Source: Myxococcota bacterium
GTDB lineage: Bacteria > Myxococcota_A > UBA9160 > UBA6930
NCBI GenBank assembly: GCA_965223415.1
Contig: OZ245002.1
Span: 2,240,001-2,304,000 of the forward strand
Length of the DNA stretch: 64,000 bases
Reading direction: 5' to 3'
Of the stretch, positions 20,178 through 28,544 are shown piece after piece. Under the pieces are notes generated by a model. The model did not search any database, was not told where the DNA came from, and saw nothing but the letters and a program-made list of their open reading frames with translations. The translations under genes were made by a program, and so were the position numbers. Every line of letters begins with the position of its first letter. Position 1 is the first letter of the stretch.

Positions 20178-22447
20178 TGCACCGACTTACGGAGCTTTCG
20201 CTTCGGTATCCGTGGGTGACGATCGTTGTCGCGCTTGTCGCTTCGGGTCTGGCTGGTGCCTCCCTTCCCGGCCAGGACGTTCTTACTGGCGCCCGCTCGC
20301 AGCTCGGTGCCGCAAGTTCGGTAGTGCAGACGTTCGACTCCTTCATGGAGCGCTTCGGCGGCGGCTACCCCGTTCTGATCGCATGGAGCTGCGAGACATC
20401 TCCCTGCGAAGATGTGCTCGACGCCAAGTCTCGGTCAATGGCCTCCGACGTGTCCCGCTTCCTCGAGCAGGCGGAGTTCGTTACGCGAGTCCTGAGTCCT
20501 GCCACGACACCGCTGGTCGCATCGGACGAGATGGGGAACATCGAGATCATCCGCCTCGGCGACGGGGTGCAGAACGAGCTGATCTCCGACCGCGAGCGCG
20601 ATCTCGTGTACCAGGATCCAAGTTGGCGGCGGGCTCTCGTGTCTGAAACCGCAGATGTGGCTGGGATCGTAGTCGAGACCAGCTCAAGCGATAGCGACGC
20701 GCTCTTCTCGATTGTGAGCGATGTTCGGCTGGCGCTCGAGCCTCATCGCCTCGCCGGGTTCGACTTCCATCTCATGGGCCAGCCTGTCCTCGAAGTGATG
20801 ATCCAAGAGCAGTCGCTGAAGGATGGAGCCACTGTGGCTGCGCTCACCAGCCTGGTGATTGCCCTCACGATCGCGTACCTGACAAGATCCTGGCAAGCGG
20901 TGGTCGCCGTGATGCTCACCATCGGATGCGCCACGGCGTGGATGATGAGCTCCCTGACCATCCTTGGGTGGCCACGAGACTCGCTGGCAATGGTCGCACC
21001 CACGCTGGTCTTGGTGGTAGGCGCCGCGGATGCGATTCACCTCTTGTCGTCCTATGCGGCCAATCGGTCCCTAGGCCGATCCACTCGAGATTCCCTTGTC
21101 GGTGGCGCTCGGCAGCTCTCGGGGCCCTGCCTGGTGACGACGCTTACGACTGGAGCAGCGTTCGCCTCTTTCGTGGCAAGTGAGATCCGAGCTCTTGCCC
21201 AGTTCGGCGTTCTCAGCGCCATTGGAGTATCGGCAGCCCTGATCTTGGCCTTTTCTCTTCTGCCAGCCCTGATGTACGTGCTGCCTTCGGAGGGACGGTC
21301 GGCTGGCCGACGTTCTGACGGCTGGAGTCGCGTCGTGGGGCGACTTGCGGACTTCGCGACGACCCGGGTTGGCCTCGTTTTCGGGGCCGCAGCCCTGGTC
21401 CTGGCCGTTTCGGCTGTAGGAGTGCCAAAGCTGCGCGCGGAATTCGACATCTATGGCTTTTGGGAGTCGTCCCATCCGGTTAGGCAGGCGCTCGCCTTTT
21501 TCGACGAGAACCTCCGGCGCCCGGATTCATTCGAAGTGTCGATCAGTCCCCCCATGCCGACCACGTTTGCGGACCCGGATGCACTTCGACTGCTCGAAGG
21601 AGTCGAAGCGGATCTTGCAGAGATCAAAGGGCTTGGGTCCTCGATGTCGATTGTGAAGATCTTGAAGCGGCTCGACGAAGTTGTCGGGGAAGGCTCGCCC
21701 GGACTGAGCCCGACTCGGGTCGCAGAGCTCCTACTTCTGAGTTCCTTCGGAGGACCGCACGTGATCGACCCGTGGATCACAATCGACCACCAGCACGCGA
21801 GGATCTCGCTGGAAGCTGGACGCCTTCTTCAGCAAGAGCGAGCGGAGATGATCGCTTCCGCCAGTCGAGTCCTTGAGAACCGCTTGCCGGAGGGCTGGAG
21901 GTTCGAGGTTACCGGTTCGATTCCGTTGATGCATGCCAGCGTGGACTCCACCATGAGAGCTCAGCTGCAGTCGTTCGTCGTCGCGACTGGGCTGGTCTTC
22001 GTGATCTTGGTGATCTACATGCGATCGTTGTTCTGGGGGGCGTTCGCGATGCTCCCAAATCTGATTCCGGTCGCGGTCCTCATCGGCGCAATGGGGCACC
22101 TCGGGATCTACCTGGACGCCGCGACGGCGATGGTGGCTCCCCTGGCGCTCGGCATCGCAGTCGATGACACGATTCACATCCTGGCAGGCTTTCGTGCCAA
22201 TCGAGCGCGTGGCATCGATATGGTGAACGCAGTTCGTTCAGCGATGATGACCACTGGGCGGGCAGTGATCACGACAACTGCGGCGCTTGGTCTGGGGTTC
22301 TTGACAATGATGGTGTCGTCCTTTCAGAACATTGCGAACATCGGATTCTTGAACTCGCTCGCCATAGTCGGCGCACTCGTGGCCGATCTCATCGTGCTTC
22401 CCGCGCTCATCGCGGCGCTTGCGTCGATGCGGAGTCGAGCACGGTAG
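20177..22447 (+). CDS. MMPL/RND-family lipid transporter
   Basis: TGATG overlap. Two repeats of a 6-TM module, VVGAADAIHL, AMLPNLIPV, GIAVDDTIH, TGRAVITTT and ADLIVLPAL. Confidence 0.9.
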   Translation: MHRLTELSLRYPWVTIVVALVASGLAGASLPGQDVLTGARSQLGAASSVVQTFDSFMERFGGGYPVLIAWSCETSPCEDVLDAKSRSMASDVSRFLEQAEFVTRVLSPATTPLVASDEMGNIEIIRLGDGVQNELISDRERDLVYQDPSWRRALVSETADVAGIVVETSSSDSDALFSIVSDVRLALEPHRLAGFDFHLMGQPVLEVMIQEQSLKDGATVAALTSLVIALTIAYLTRSWQAVVAVMLTIGCATAWMMSSLTILGWPRDSLAMVAPTLVLVVGAADAIHLLSSYAANRSLGRSTRDSLVGGARQLSGPCLVTTLTTGAAFASFVASEIRALAQFGVLSAIGVSAALILAFSLLPALMYVLPSEGRSAGRRSDGWSRVVGRLADFATTRVGLVFGAAALVLAVSAVGVPKLRAEFDIYGFWESSHPVRQALAFFDENLRRPDSFEVSISPPMPTTFADPDALRLLEGVEADLAEIKGLGSSMSIVKILKRLDEVVGEGSPGLSPTRVAELLLLSSFGGPHVIDPWITIDHQHARISLEAGRLLQQERAEMIASASRVLENRLPEGWRFEVTGSIPLMHASVDSTMRAQLQSFVVATGLVFVILVIYMRSLFWGAFAMLPNLIPVAVLIGAMGHLGIYLDAATAMVAPLALGIAVDDTIHILAGFRANRARGIDMVNAVRSAMMTTGRAVITTTAALGLGFLTMMVSSFQNIANIGFLNSLAIVGALVADLIVLPALIAALASMRSRAR

Positions 22448-22744
22448 TCCTCGGATCGAAGACGATCAGATGTCAACGGCTGCAGATGGCCCGGTGTTTC
22501 GCGGCCCCGCGCGTATCGACCCCGATTCTCGGTGAGCTGAGCCTGGCGGCTCTGGACCGCTGCCTTCGGACGGAACCCGCCTCGCCCGCACCGTGTCGAT
22601 CGTGGCACTCGCCCCAGGTGGCCTCCGGTGCCGCTGGTCGCCGCCCTGACGGCCCTCGCCGCGCCCCCCGATTTGGCGATCTTTGACACCATCCGCCGCT
22701 CTCCAGCCTGTCGTTCCCACCCTCCGCGCCCGTAGGGTCGTGGC

Positions 22745-22957
22745 ATGGCTCGGCTCTCCCTGTTCTGCACCCGCCATCCGAAGCTCGCCTGCCTGGCGCT
22801 CCCGGGCTGGGTTGCCCTGAGGGAGTCCCAGGCGCTTCGGCTGGACGACGCCGTGGACCTGCCGATCCTTCCGGCCCTCGTCTCGATCGTGGCCGCGGAC
22901 CGGGAGCGGGCGGGGTCGGATGTCGGCCTCGCCGCCGAGCCCGTAAGGACGCGCTGA
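22745..22957 (+). pseudogene. Internally deleted remnant of an MMPL paralog (N- and C-termini fused)
   Basis: MARLSLFCTRHP resembles the neighbouring MMPL start MHRLTELSLRYP, and VDLPILPALVSIVA resembles its end ADLIVLPALIAALA. Confidence 0.5.
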
Positions 22958-22971
22958 GAAGGAGAACCATC

Positions 22972-23880
22972 ATGGCTCAGACGATTCGCCACGGCACCGA
23001 GCCGACCGCAGCCATCTCCGACGCGCATGCACCCCGCGTCGAGGTGGAATCGCTGGGCGCTCTTGCCGGCGAAGGCCGCGCAGTCACCCGGGTAAGGGAG
23101 TGGCTGCGCGGTCTGGCGTCCCTGCAGGCGCCGGTCCTCCTGGTCGGTGAGGCCGGGAGCGGTCGCAGCACGGCCGCGGGTCTGCTGCACGCCTGGGGAA
23201 CCGCGGCCCAGGCTCCATTCGTCCGCATCGCCGCGGGTGGCGTGGGCCCCGAGGCCACTCCGCTTCGCGGGACGATCCATCTCGAGGATCTCGAGCAGCT
23301 TCCGGCCGCCGGGCAGGGGCGGTGGCGACGGTTCGTGGATGCGTCCCACGAAGGCAGTCGGCTCATCGCGTCGGCCGGTCCTCTCTTCGCCGACCGTGTT
23401 GCCAGCGGCGGCTTCGACGCAGCGCTAGCATCCGCGTTGCAGCGGTTCGAGGTGCGGTTGCCCACCCTGCGCGATCGGCCCGAAGACCTGCCTGTCCTCG
23501 CGTCGGCCTTGCTCGCTTCGGTCGGTCGTGAGCTCGGGCGCCCGGATCGCCGTCTGACGGACGGCGCGGTGCGACGCCTCGCCCGTGAGCGCTGGCCCGG
23601 CAACCTCACCGAGCTGCGTCGCGTGATCGAGCGGCTGATCGCCTTCTGCGACGGGCCGTCCATCGGCCTAACAGAGGTGGAGGCGGTGCTCGAGGACATT
23701 CGTCCGTCGGTGGCCGAGCTCCGCGAGCGCCATCAGGTGGCCGAGCGAGTGTGCCTGATTCGGCACCTCGAAGAGACCGGCGGCAACGTCACCGAGACGG
23801 CGGAGCGCATGCAGCGGAGCCGCGCTGCCATCTACCGGCTGGTCGAGAAGCACGGCATCGCGCTGCGGCGGGGCGCCTGA
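22972..23880 (+). CDS. Receiver-less degenerate sigma54-activator-like regulator (AAA+ remnant plus Fis HTH)
   Basis: AAGGAG RBS. Motifs PVLLVGEAGSGR, LPTLRDRPEDL, WPGNLTEL and GGNVTETAERM.RSR.AIYRL. No GAFTGA. Confidence 0.85.
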   Translation: MAQTIRHGTEPTAAISDAHAPRVEVESLGALAGEGRAVTRVREWLRGLASLQAPVLLVGEAGSGRSTAAGLLHAWGTAAQAPFVRIAAGGVGPEATPLRGTIHLEDLEQLPAAGQGRWRRFVDASHEGSRLIASAGPLFADRVASGGFDAALASALQRFEVRLPTLRDRPEDLPVLASALLASVGRELGRPDRRLTDGAVRRLARERWPGNLTELRRVIERLIAFCDGPSIGLTEVEAVLEDIRPSVAELRERHQVAERVCLIRHLEETGGNVTETAERMQRSRAAIYRLVEKHGIALRRGA

Positions 23881-23983
23881 GCCGACCCGGAGGAAACCCC
23901 AACGCTGCGCTCGGGATCCCCCAATCCCCCGCTACTGACCGCGCGGCTAGCTTCCTCGTGCCCTTCTCGCCCGAGGAAGATCC

Positions 23984-25699
23984 GTGCCGACGCCCGACGG
24001 GTTCACGCTCGATCCGGCGGCGTTTCGCGCGTCGCATCCGTTCCACGCGGTCGTTTCCCGCCGAGGCGAGATCACCCAGGTGGGACGGGGCTGGCAGCGA
24101 TTGGCTCCGGAGCTGCGTGCGGGTGCCCGCTTCGACGAGAGCTTCGCGTTCGTGCAGCCGCCGCAGGGGCGCTTCGAGGCGGCGGCGCTCGACGAGCTGG
24201 AGGGCTCGCTTCTCGTCCTGGAGCACCGTCGGCTGGGGCTGCGCCTGCGCGCGGAGGTGGTGGCTTCAGGCGGTGTGTTCTTCTTCCTGATGACGCCGTG
24301 GGCCCGCGGGCTCGATGCGCTTCGCCAGGCGGGCCTGCGACTCGAGGACTTCGCGGCCCACGATGCGATCGGTGACTACCTGGTAGCGCTCGATGCGCAG
24401 AACGCGCTGCTCGGCGAGGCCCGGGAGCTGGCCGAGCGCCTGGCCGCCCAGAAGGCCGAGCTGGCCCGCCTGAACGAGCGCCTCGCTGCGGAGATGGAGG
24501 CCGTGCAGCAGGCGCGGGACGAGCGCGCGCAGATGGCGCGGCGAGTGAAGGAGGCCGAGCGGCTCGAAAGCCTGGGTGTGCTGGCGGGCGGCGCCGCCCA
24601 CGATTTCAACAACCTGCTCGTGCCGATCCTCGCCAACGCGGAGCTGCTCCGGGACGAGCCGGTCGGGGAGCAGGGGCGGCGCTGTGTCGAGGAGATCCTG
24701 CAGGCCTCCAGCATCGCCGCGGATCTCTGCCGGCAGATGCTCTCCTACGCCGGGCGCACGCCGGTGCACCTGGAGCTGGTCTCCCTCTCCGGCGTGGTCG
24801 AGGAGATGCAGGAGCTCGTCGGCAGCGCGGCCCCGGGCGTCGAGCTCGGCTTCGAGCTCGATCCAAGGCCGGTCGAGCTGCGTGCCGATTCCACCCAGGT
24901 GCGGCAGATCGTGCTGAACCTCGTGCTCAATGCCACCGAGGCCTGCGGTGCGGTGGGCGGGCGCGTCACGGTGCGCACGGGCCAGCACCTGCCCGGGCCG
25001 CCTCGCCCGGACGAGGTGCGCATGGGGGAGCTGAGCGAGGAGCGCTCCTACGCCTACCTCGAGGTGGAGGACGACGGCGAGGGCATGGACGCCGCCACCC
25101 TCGAGCGCATCTTCGATCCCTTCTTCTCCACCAAGCTCCTCGGGCGCGGCCTCGGCATGGCGGTAGTGTTCGGCATCGTGCGTCGTCACGAGGGCGCCGT
25201 CATCGTCCGCAGCGCTCCGGGCCGGGGCACGCGCATCCGGGTGCTCTTTCCGCCGGGCAATGGAGAGTCTTCCGCGGTGCTTGCGCCTGCGCCGGAGACG
25301 CCGGCTCCCGCTCTTTCCGGCCGGATCCTCCTCGTGGACGACGACCACCGGGTTCGCACCGTCGCCGAGCGCATCCTTCGGCACCACGGCTTCGACGTGG
25401 TCTCGGCCTCCGACGGCGAAGAAGCGCTCGCCCGCTGTCGCGAGACGAGCCACGATCTGCGCTGCGTCCTGCTCGATCTCTCGATGCCCGGGCTCGGCGG
25501 CGAGGCCGTCTACCGGGAGCTGCGCGCGAAGTGGCCGGGCCTGCCCGTGCTGCTGATGAGCGGCTACACCGGCGAGACGGTCGCGGAGCTGCTGGGCGGC
25601 GACCCGCGCGCCGGCTTCCTCCACAAGCCCTTCGGCGCCGAGCAGGTCCTGGCGGCCATCGGCCGCGTGAGCGCGCCGCCGGGCGACGAGGCGGGCTGA
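23984..25699 (+). CDS. Hybrid histidine kinase with N-terminal HNOBA (H-NOX-associated PAS) domain
   Basis: HPFH...TPW....L...GLRLEDFAAHDAIGD is the sGC/STHK HNOBA signature. Also AGGAAHDFNNLL, NLVLNA, PFFSTK..GRGLG and a C-terminal receiver LLDLSMP..KPF. Confidence 0.9.
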   Translation: MPTPDGFTLDPAAFRASHPFHAVVSRRGEITQVGRGWQRLAPELRAGARFDESFAFVQPPQGRFEAAALDELEGSLLVLEHRRLGLRLRAEVVASGGVFFFLMTPWARGLDALRQAGLRLEDFAAHDAIGDYLVALDAQNALLGEARELAERLAAQKAELARLNERLAAEMEAVQQARDERAQMARRVKEAERLESLGVLAGGAAHDFNNLLVPILANAELLRDEPVGEQGRRCVEEILQASSIAADLCRQMLSYAGRTPVHLELVSLSGVVEEMQELVGSAAPGVELGFELDPRPVELRADSTQVRQIVLNLVLNATEACGAVGGRVTVRTGQHLPGPPRPDEVRMGELSEERSYAYLEVEDDGEGMDAATLERIFDPFFSTKLLGRGLGMAVVFGIVRRHEGAVIVRSAPGRGTRIRVLFPPGNGESSAVLAPAPETPAPALSGRILLVDDDHRVRTVAERILRHHGFDVVSASDGEEALARCRETSHDLRCVLLDLSMPGLGGEAVYRELRAKWPGLPVLLMSGYTGETVAELLGGDPRAGFLHKPFGAEQVLAAIGRVSAPPGDEAG

Positions 25700-25700
25700 G

Positions 25701-26249
25701 ATGTACGGCATCGTCAACCGCGGCGTCGAGCAGATGCTCGTCGCTCGGTTCGGTGAGGAGCTGTGGCGCCAGGTGGTCGACGAGGTCGATCCGCAGTGGG
25801 TCGGCTTCGTCAGCATGGAGAGCTACCCGGACGAGCTGACCTACCGCCTCATCGAGGCGGCGAGCCGGAGGACGGGCACCGGCAGGGCCGAGCTGCTGGA
25901 GGCCTGGGGCGAGCAGTGGTTCCTGCCCGTTTTCGAAGAGGGCTTCGGACACCTGATCGACATGACCGGCGAGAGCCTGGGCGAGGTCCTGTCCCGGCTC
26001 GACGCCCTCTACGCCCGCGTGGCCCTCCTCTTCCCCCAGATGCGCGCGCCCGGCTTCGTGTGCAAGACCCTCGGCCCCGGTCTCTGGGAGCTCCTCTACC
26101 GGAGCGAGCGCGAGGGCCTGGCGCCGCTGGCCAAGGGTTCGCTGCGCGGGCTCGCGGCGCGGCTCGGCACGCGGGTGGAGGTGGAGCAGGTCGCGGCGCG
26201 GCCGGAGGCGGAGCACGACGTGTTCCGGGTGCGGGAGGTCGGCAGCTAG
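25701..26249 (+). CDS. H-NOX (heme NO/O2-binding) family protein, proximal His replaced by Tyr
   Basis: MYGIVN, YPDELTY.L, FPQMRAP.F and the YxSxR motif (YRSER). LDALYARV stands where LDxLHARV is expected. Confidence 0.9.
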   Translation: MYGIVNRGVEQMLVARFGEELWRQVVDEVDPQWVGFVSMESYPDELTYRLIEAASRRTGTGRAELLEAWGEQWFLPVFEEGFGHLIDMTGESLGEVLSRLDALYARVALLFPQMRAPGFVCKTLGPGLWELLYRSEREGLAPLAKGSLRGLAARLGTRVEVEQVAARPEAEHDVFRVREVGS

Positions 26250-26274
26250 CTCGGCCGAGCCCCGCGGGGAGGGC

Positions 26275-26303
26275 TTGACCACAAAACTAGAACATGTTTC
26301 AAT
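26275..26303 (+). promoter_or_regulatory. sigma70-like promoter with overlapping KstR operator TAGAACATGTTTCA (26288-26301)
   Basis: TTGACC-17 bp-TTCAAT. The palindrome matches TnnAACnnGTTnnA and sits ahead of the steroid operon. Confidence 0.85.
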
Positions 26304-26362
26304 TCCGCCTCGCGGCCCCGCCCCCTCCGCGGGCAGGCGGCCCCCAGCCGAGGCCCGCCCCC

Positions 26363-27544
26363 ATGCACATCGACTTCACCCCCGAGCAGAAGGCGCTGCG
26401 CCAGGAGCTGCGCGCCTACTACCAGGACCTGCTCCAGGGAGACCTCCGCCGCCGCCTCGACGAGGAGTGGGACGAGCTCGGCGGGCCCGCCTTCCGCGAG
26501 GCCATGGGCCGGATGGGCAAGGACGGCTGGCTCGTGATCGGCTGGCCCAAGGAATGGGGCGGGCAGGGCCGCGGGCACATCGAGCAGTTCATCTTCTGGG
26601 ACGAGACCTATCGTGCCCGCGCGCCGCTTCCGCTCATCACCGTCAACACGGTCGGGCCGATGGTGATGCAGCACGGGACGAAGCAGCAGCAGGAAGAGCT
26701 GCTGCCGAAGATCCGCGACGGCGAGCTGATGGTCTCGATCGGCTACACGGAGCCGAACAGCGGGACGGATCTCGCGTCGCTGCAGACCCGCGCCGTGCGC
26801 GACGGCGACGAATGGGTGATCAACGGGCAGAAGGTCTACACGACCCACGCCGGCGATGCGGACTACGTGTGGCTCGCCTGCCGCACGGATCCCGACGCGC
26901 CGAAGCACAAGGGCATCTCGATCATCCTCGTGCCCACCTCCGATCCGGGCTATACGGCGACGCCCATCGAGACGATCGGCGGCGAGATCACCTACGCCAC
27001 CTTCTACGAGGACATCCGCGTTCCGGTCGCGAACACGATCGGGCCCGAGAACGGCGGCTGGGGGCTGATCACCGGGCAGCTCAACCTGGAGCGCATCACC
27101 CTGGCCATGCCGGCGAGCCTCGATCGGCTGTACGACGAGATCGCGGCCTGGGCCGAGCAGACCGAGCGCCCCGGCGGCGGCCACATGATCGACGAGCCCT
27201 GGGTGCAGCAGAACCTCGCCAAGGTGTATGCCGAGCTCGAGGCGCTCAAGGTGATGAACTGGCGCTCGGCCTGGATGATCGATCAGGGCGCGCCGGGCAT
27301 GGCCGAGAGCTCGGCGGTGAAGGTGTTCGGCACCGAGATGGTGATCGAGTGCTACCGCCTGCTCCTCGAGATCACGGGCCAGGCCGGCCTCGTGCGCAAG
27401 TGGGAGACCGGTGCGCTCTTCGGGGGGCTCCTGGAGAGCGCCTACCGCCTGTCGATGGTGAACACCTTCGGCGGCGGCGTGAACGAGGTGCAGAGGGACA
27501 TCATCGCGGCGGCGGGGCTGCAGCTCCCGCGGGCGCGGCGCTAG
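26363..27544 (+). CDS. fadE29: Steroid acyl-CoA dehydrogenase, FadE29/ChsE2-like
   Basis: MHIDFTPEQ, IGYTEP..GTDLASL.T.AVRDGD, DADYVWLACRTDP.A.KHKGISI and NTFGGGVNEVQR. Context with chsH2/chsH1/ltp2. Confidence 0.8.
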   Translation: MHIDFTPEQKALRQELRAYYQDLLQGDLRRRLDEEWDELGGPAFREAMGRMGKDGWLVIGWPKEWGGQGRGHIEQFIFWDETYRARAPLPLITVNTVGPMVMQHGTKQQQEELLPKIRDGELMVSIGYTEPNSGTDLASLQTRAVRDGDEWVINGQKVYTTHAGDADYVWLACRTDPDAPKHKGISIILVPTSDPGYTATPIETIGGEITYATFYEDIRVPVANTIGPENGGWGLITGQLNLERITLAMPASLDRLYDEIAAWAEQTERPGGGHMIDEPWVQQNLAKVYAELEALKVMNWRSAWMIDQGAPGMAESSAVKVFGTEMVIECYRLLLEITGQAGLVRKWETGALFGGLLESAYRLSMVNTFGGGVNEVQRDIIAAAGLQLPRARR

Positions 27545-27559
27545 AGGGTAGGAGACGCG

Positions 27560-28540
27560 ATGCCGCTCACTGCCGAGCAGAAGAAGGAGCTGGAGGCGAA
27601 GCTCTACGAGTACGTCGGGCGCCCGATCGGGCCGCCCTTCGTCGCGCGGGATCCGGTGAACGAGCCCCAGATCCGGGCCTGGTGCGACGCCATGGGCGAC
27701 CTGAATCCCATCTACTGGGACGCCGGCGCCGCGGAGAAGACCGTGCACGGCGGCGTGGTGGCGCCGCCGACCATGCTGCAGGCGTGGACGATGCAGGGCT
27801 TCGAGATGCACAAGGGCTACGACGATCCCCAGAACGAGGAGCACCGCCTGCACAAGCTCCTCACGGATGCTGGCTACACGGGCGTCCTCGGCACCGATAC
27901 CGAGCAGGAGTTCACCCGCTACCTGAAGCCCGGCGACGTCGTCACGGCGAACACGATCGTCGACAGCATCTCCGAGGAGAAGGCCACCGGCGCGGGCGTC
28001 GGCTACTTCATCACCACGCGCACCAGCTTCACCGATCAGGACGGCGAAGAGGTGGGCTGGATGACCTTCCGGGTGCTGAAGTTCATCCCGGCCCAGCCCC
28101 AGCAGGCGGCGAGCGACAGTGGCGCGGCGGCGACGCCCGCCAAGCCGGCGCGCATCAAGCCGCCCATGGGCCACGACAACGCCTGGTGGTGGGAGGGTGC
28201 CGCCGAGGGGAAGCTGCTGATCCAGCGCTGCAAGGCCTGCGAGAAGCTGCGCCATCCGCCGCGCCCGATCTGCGATGCCTGTGGCTCGATGGAGTGGGAC
28301 TCGGTCGAGTCCGCGGGGAACGGGACGATCCACACGTTCACGATCCTCCACTACCCCCAGTTCCCGGGCTACGAGTTCCCGATCTTCGCGGCGCTGATCG
28401 ATCTGGACGAGGGCACGCGCATCGTGTCGAACGTCGTCGACTGCAAGCCCGAGGACGCGCGGATCGGCATGCGCGTGAAGGCCTTCATCCACGAAGACGA
28501 AGACGGCTTCAAGCTGCCGCTCTTCCGGCCGGCGGAGTAG
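27560..28540 (+). CDS. chsH2: ChsH2-like MaoC hydratase fused to DUF35 (Zn-ribbon/OB-fold)
   Basis: ARDPVNEPQIRAWCDAMGDLNPIY, APPTMLQAWTM, and C-terminal QRCKAC..LRHPPRPICDAC. Confidence 0.88.
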   Translation: MPLTAEQKKELEAKLYEYVGRPIGPPFVARDPVNEPQIRAWCDAMGDLNPIYWDAGAAEKTVHGGVVAPPTMLQAWTMQGFEMHKGYDDPQNEEHRLHKLLTDAGYTGVLGTDTEQEFTRYLKPGDVVTANTIVDSISEEKATGAGVGYFITTRTSFTDQDGEEVGWMTFRVLKFIPAQPQQAASDSGAAATPAKPARIKPPMGHDNAWWWEGAAEGKLLIQRCKACEKLRHPPRPICDACGSMEWDSVESAGNGTIHTFTILHYPQFPGYEFPIFAALIDLDEGTRIVSNVVDCKPEDARIGMRVKAFIHEDEDGFKLPLFRPAE

Positions 28541-28544
28541 CGAG

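Noticed and set aside
22448..22744. sigma54 -24/-12 promoter near the activator genes (TGGCAC at about 22602, TGGCAT at 22741)
   Set aside because: Neither has a TTGC/TGC element at the required spacing, consistent with the activators lacking GAFTGA.
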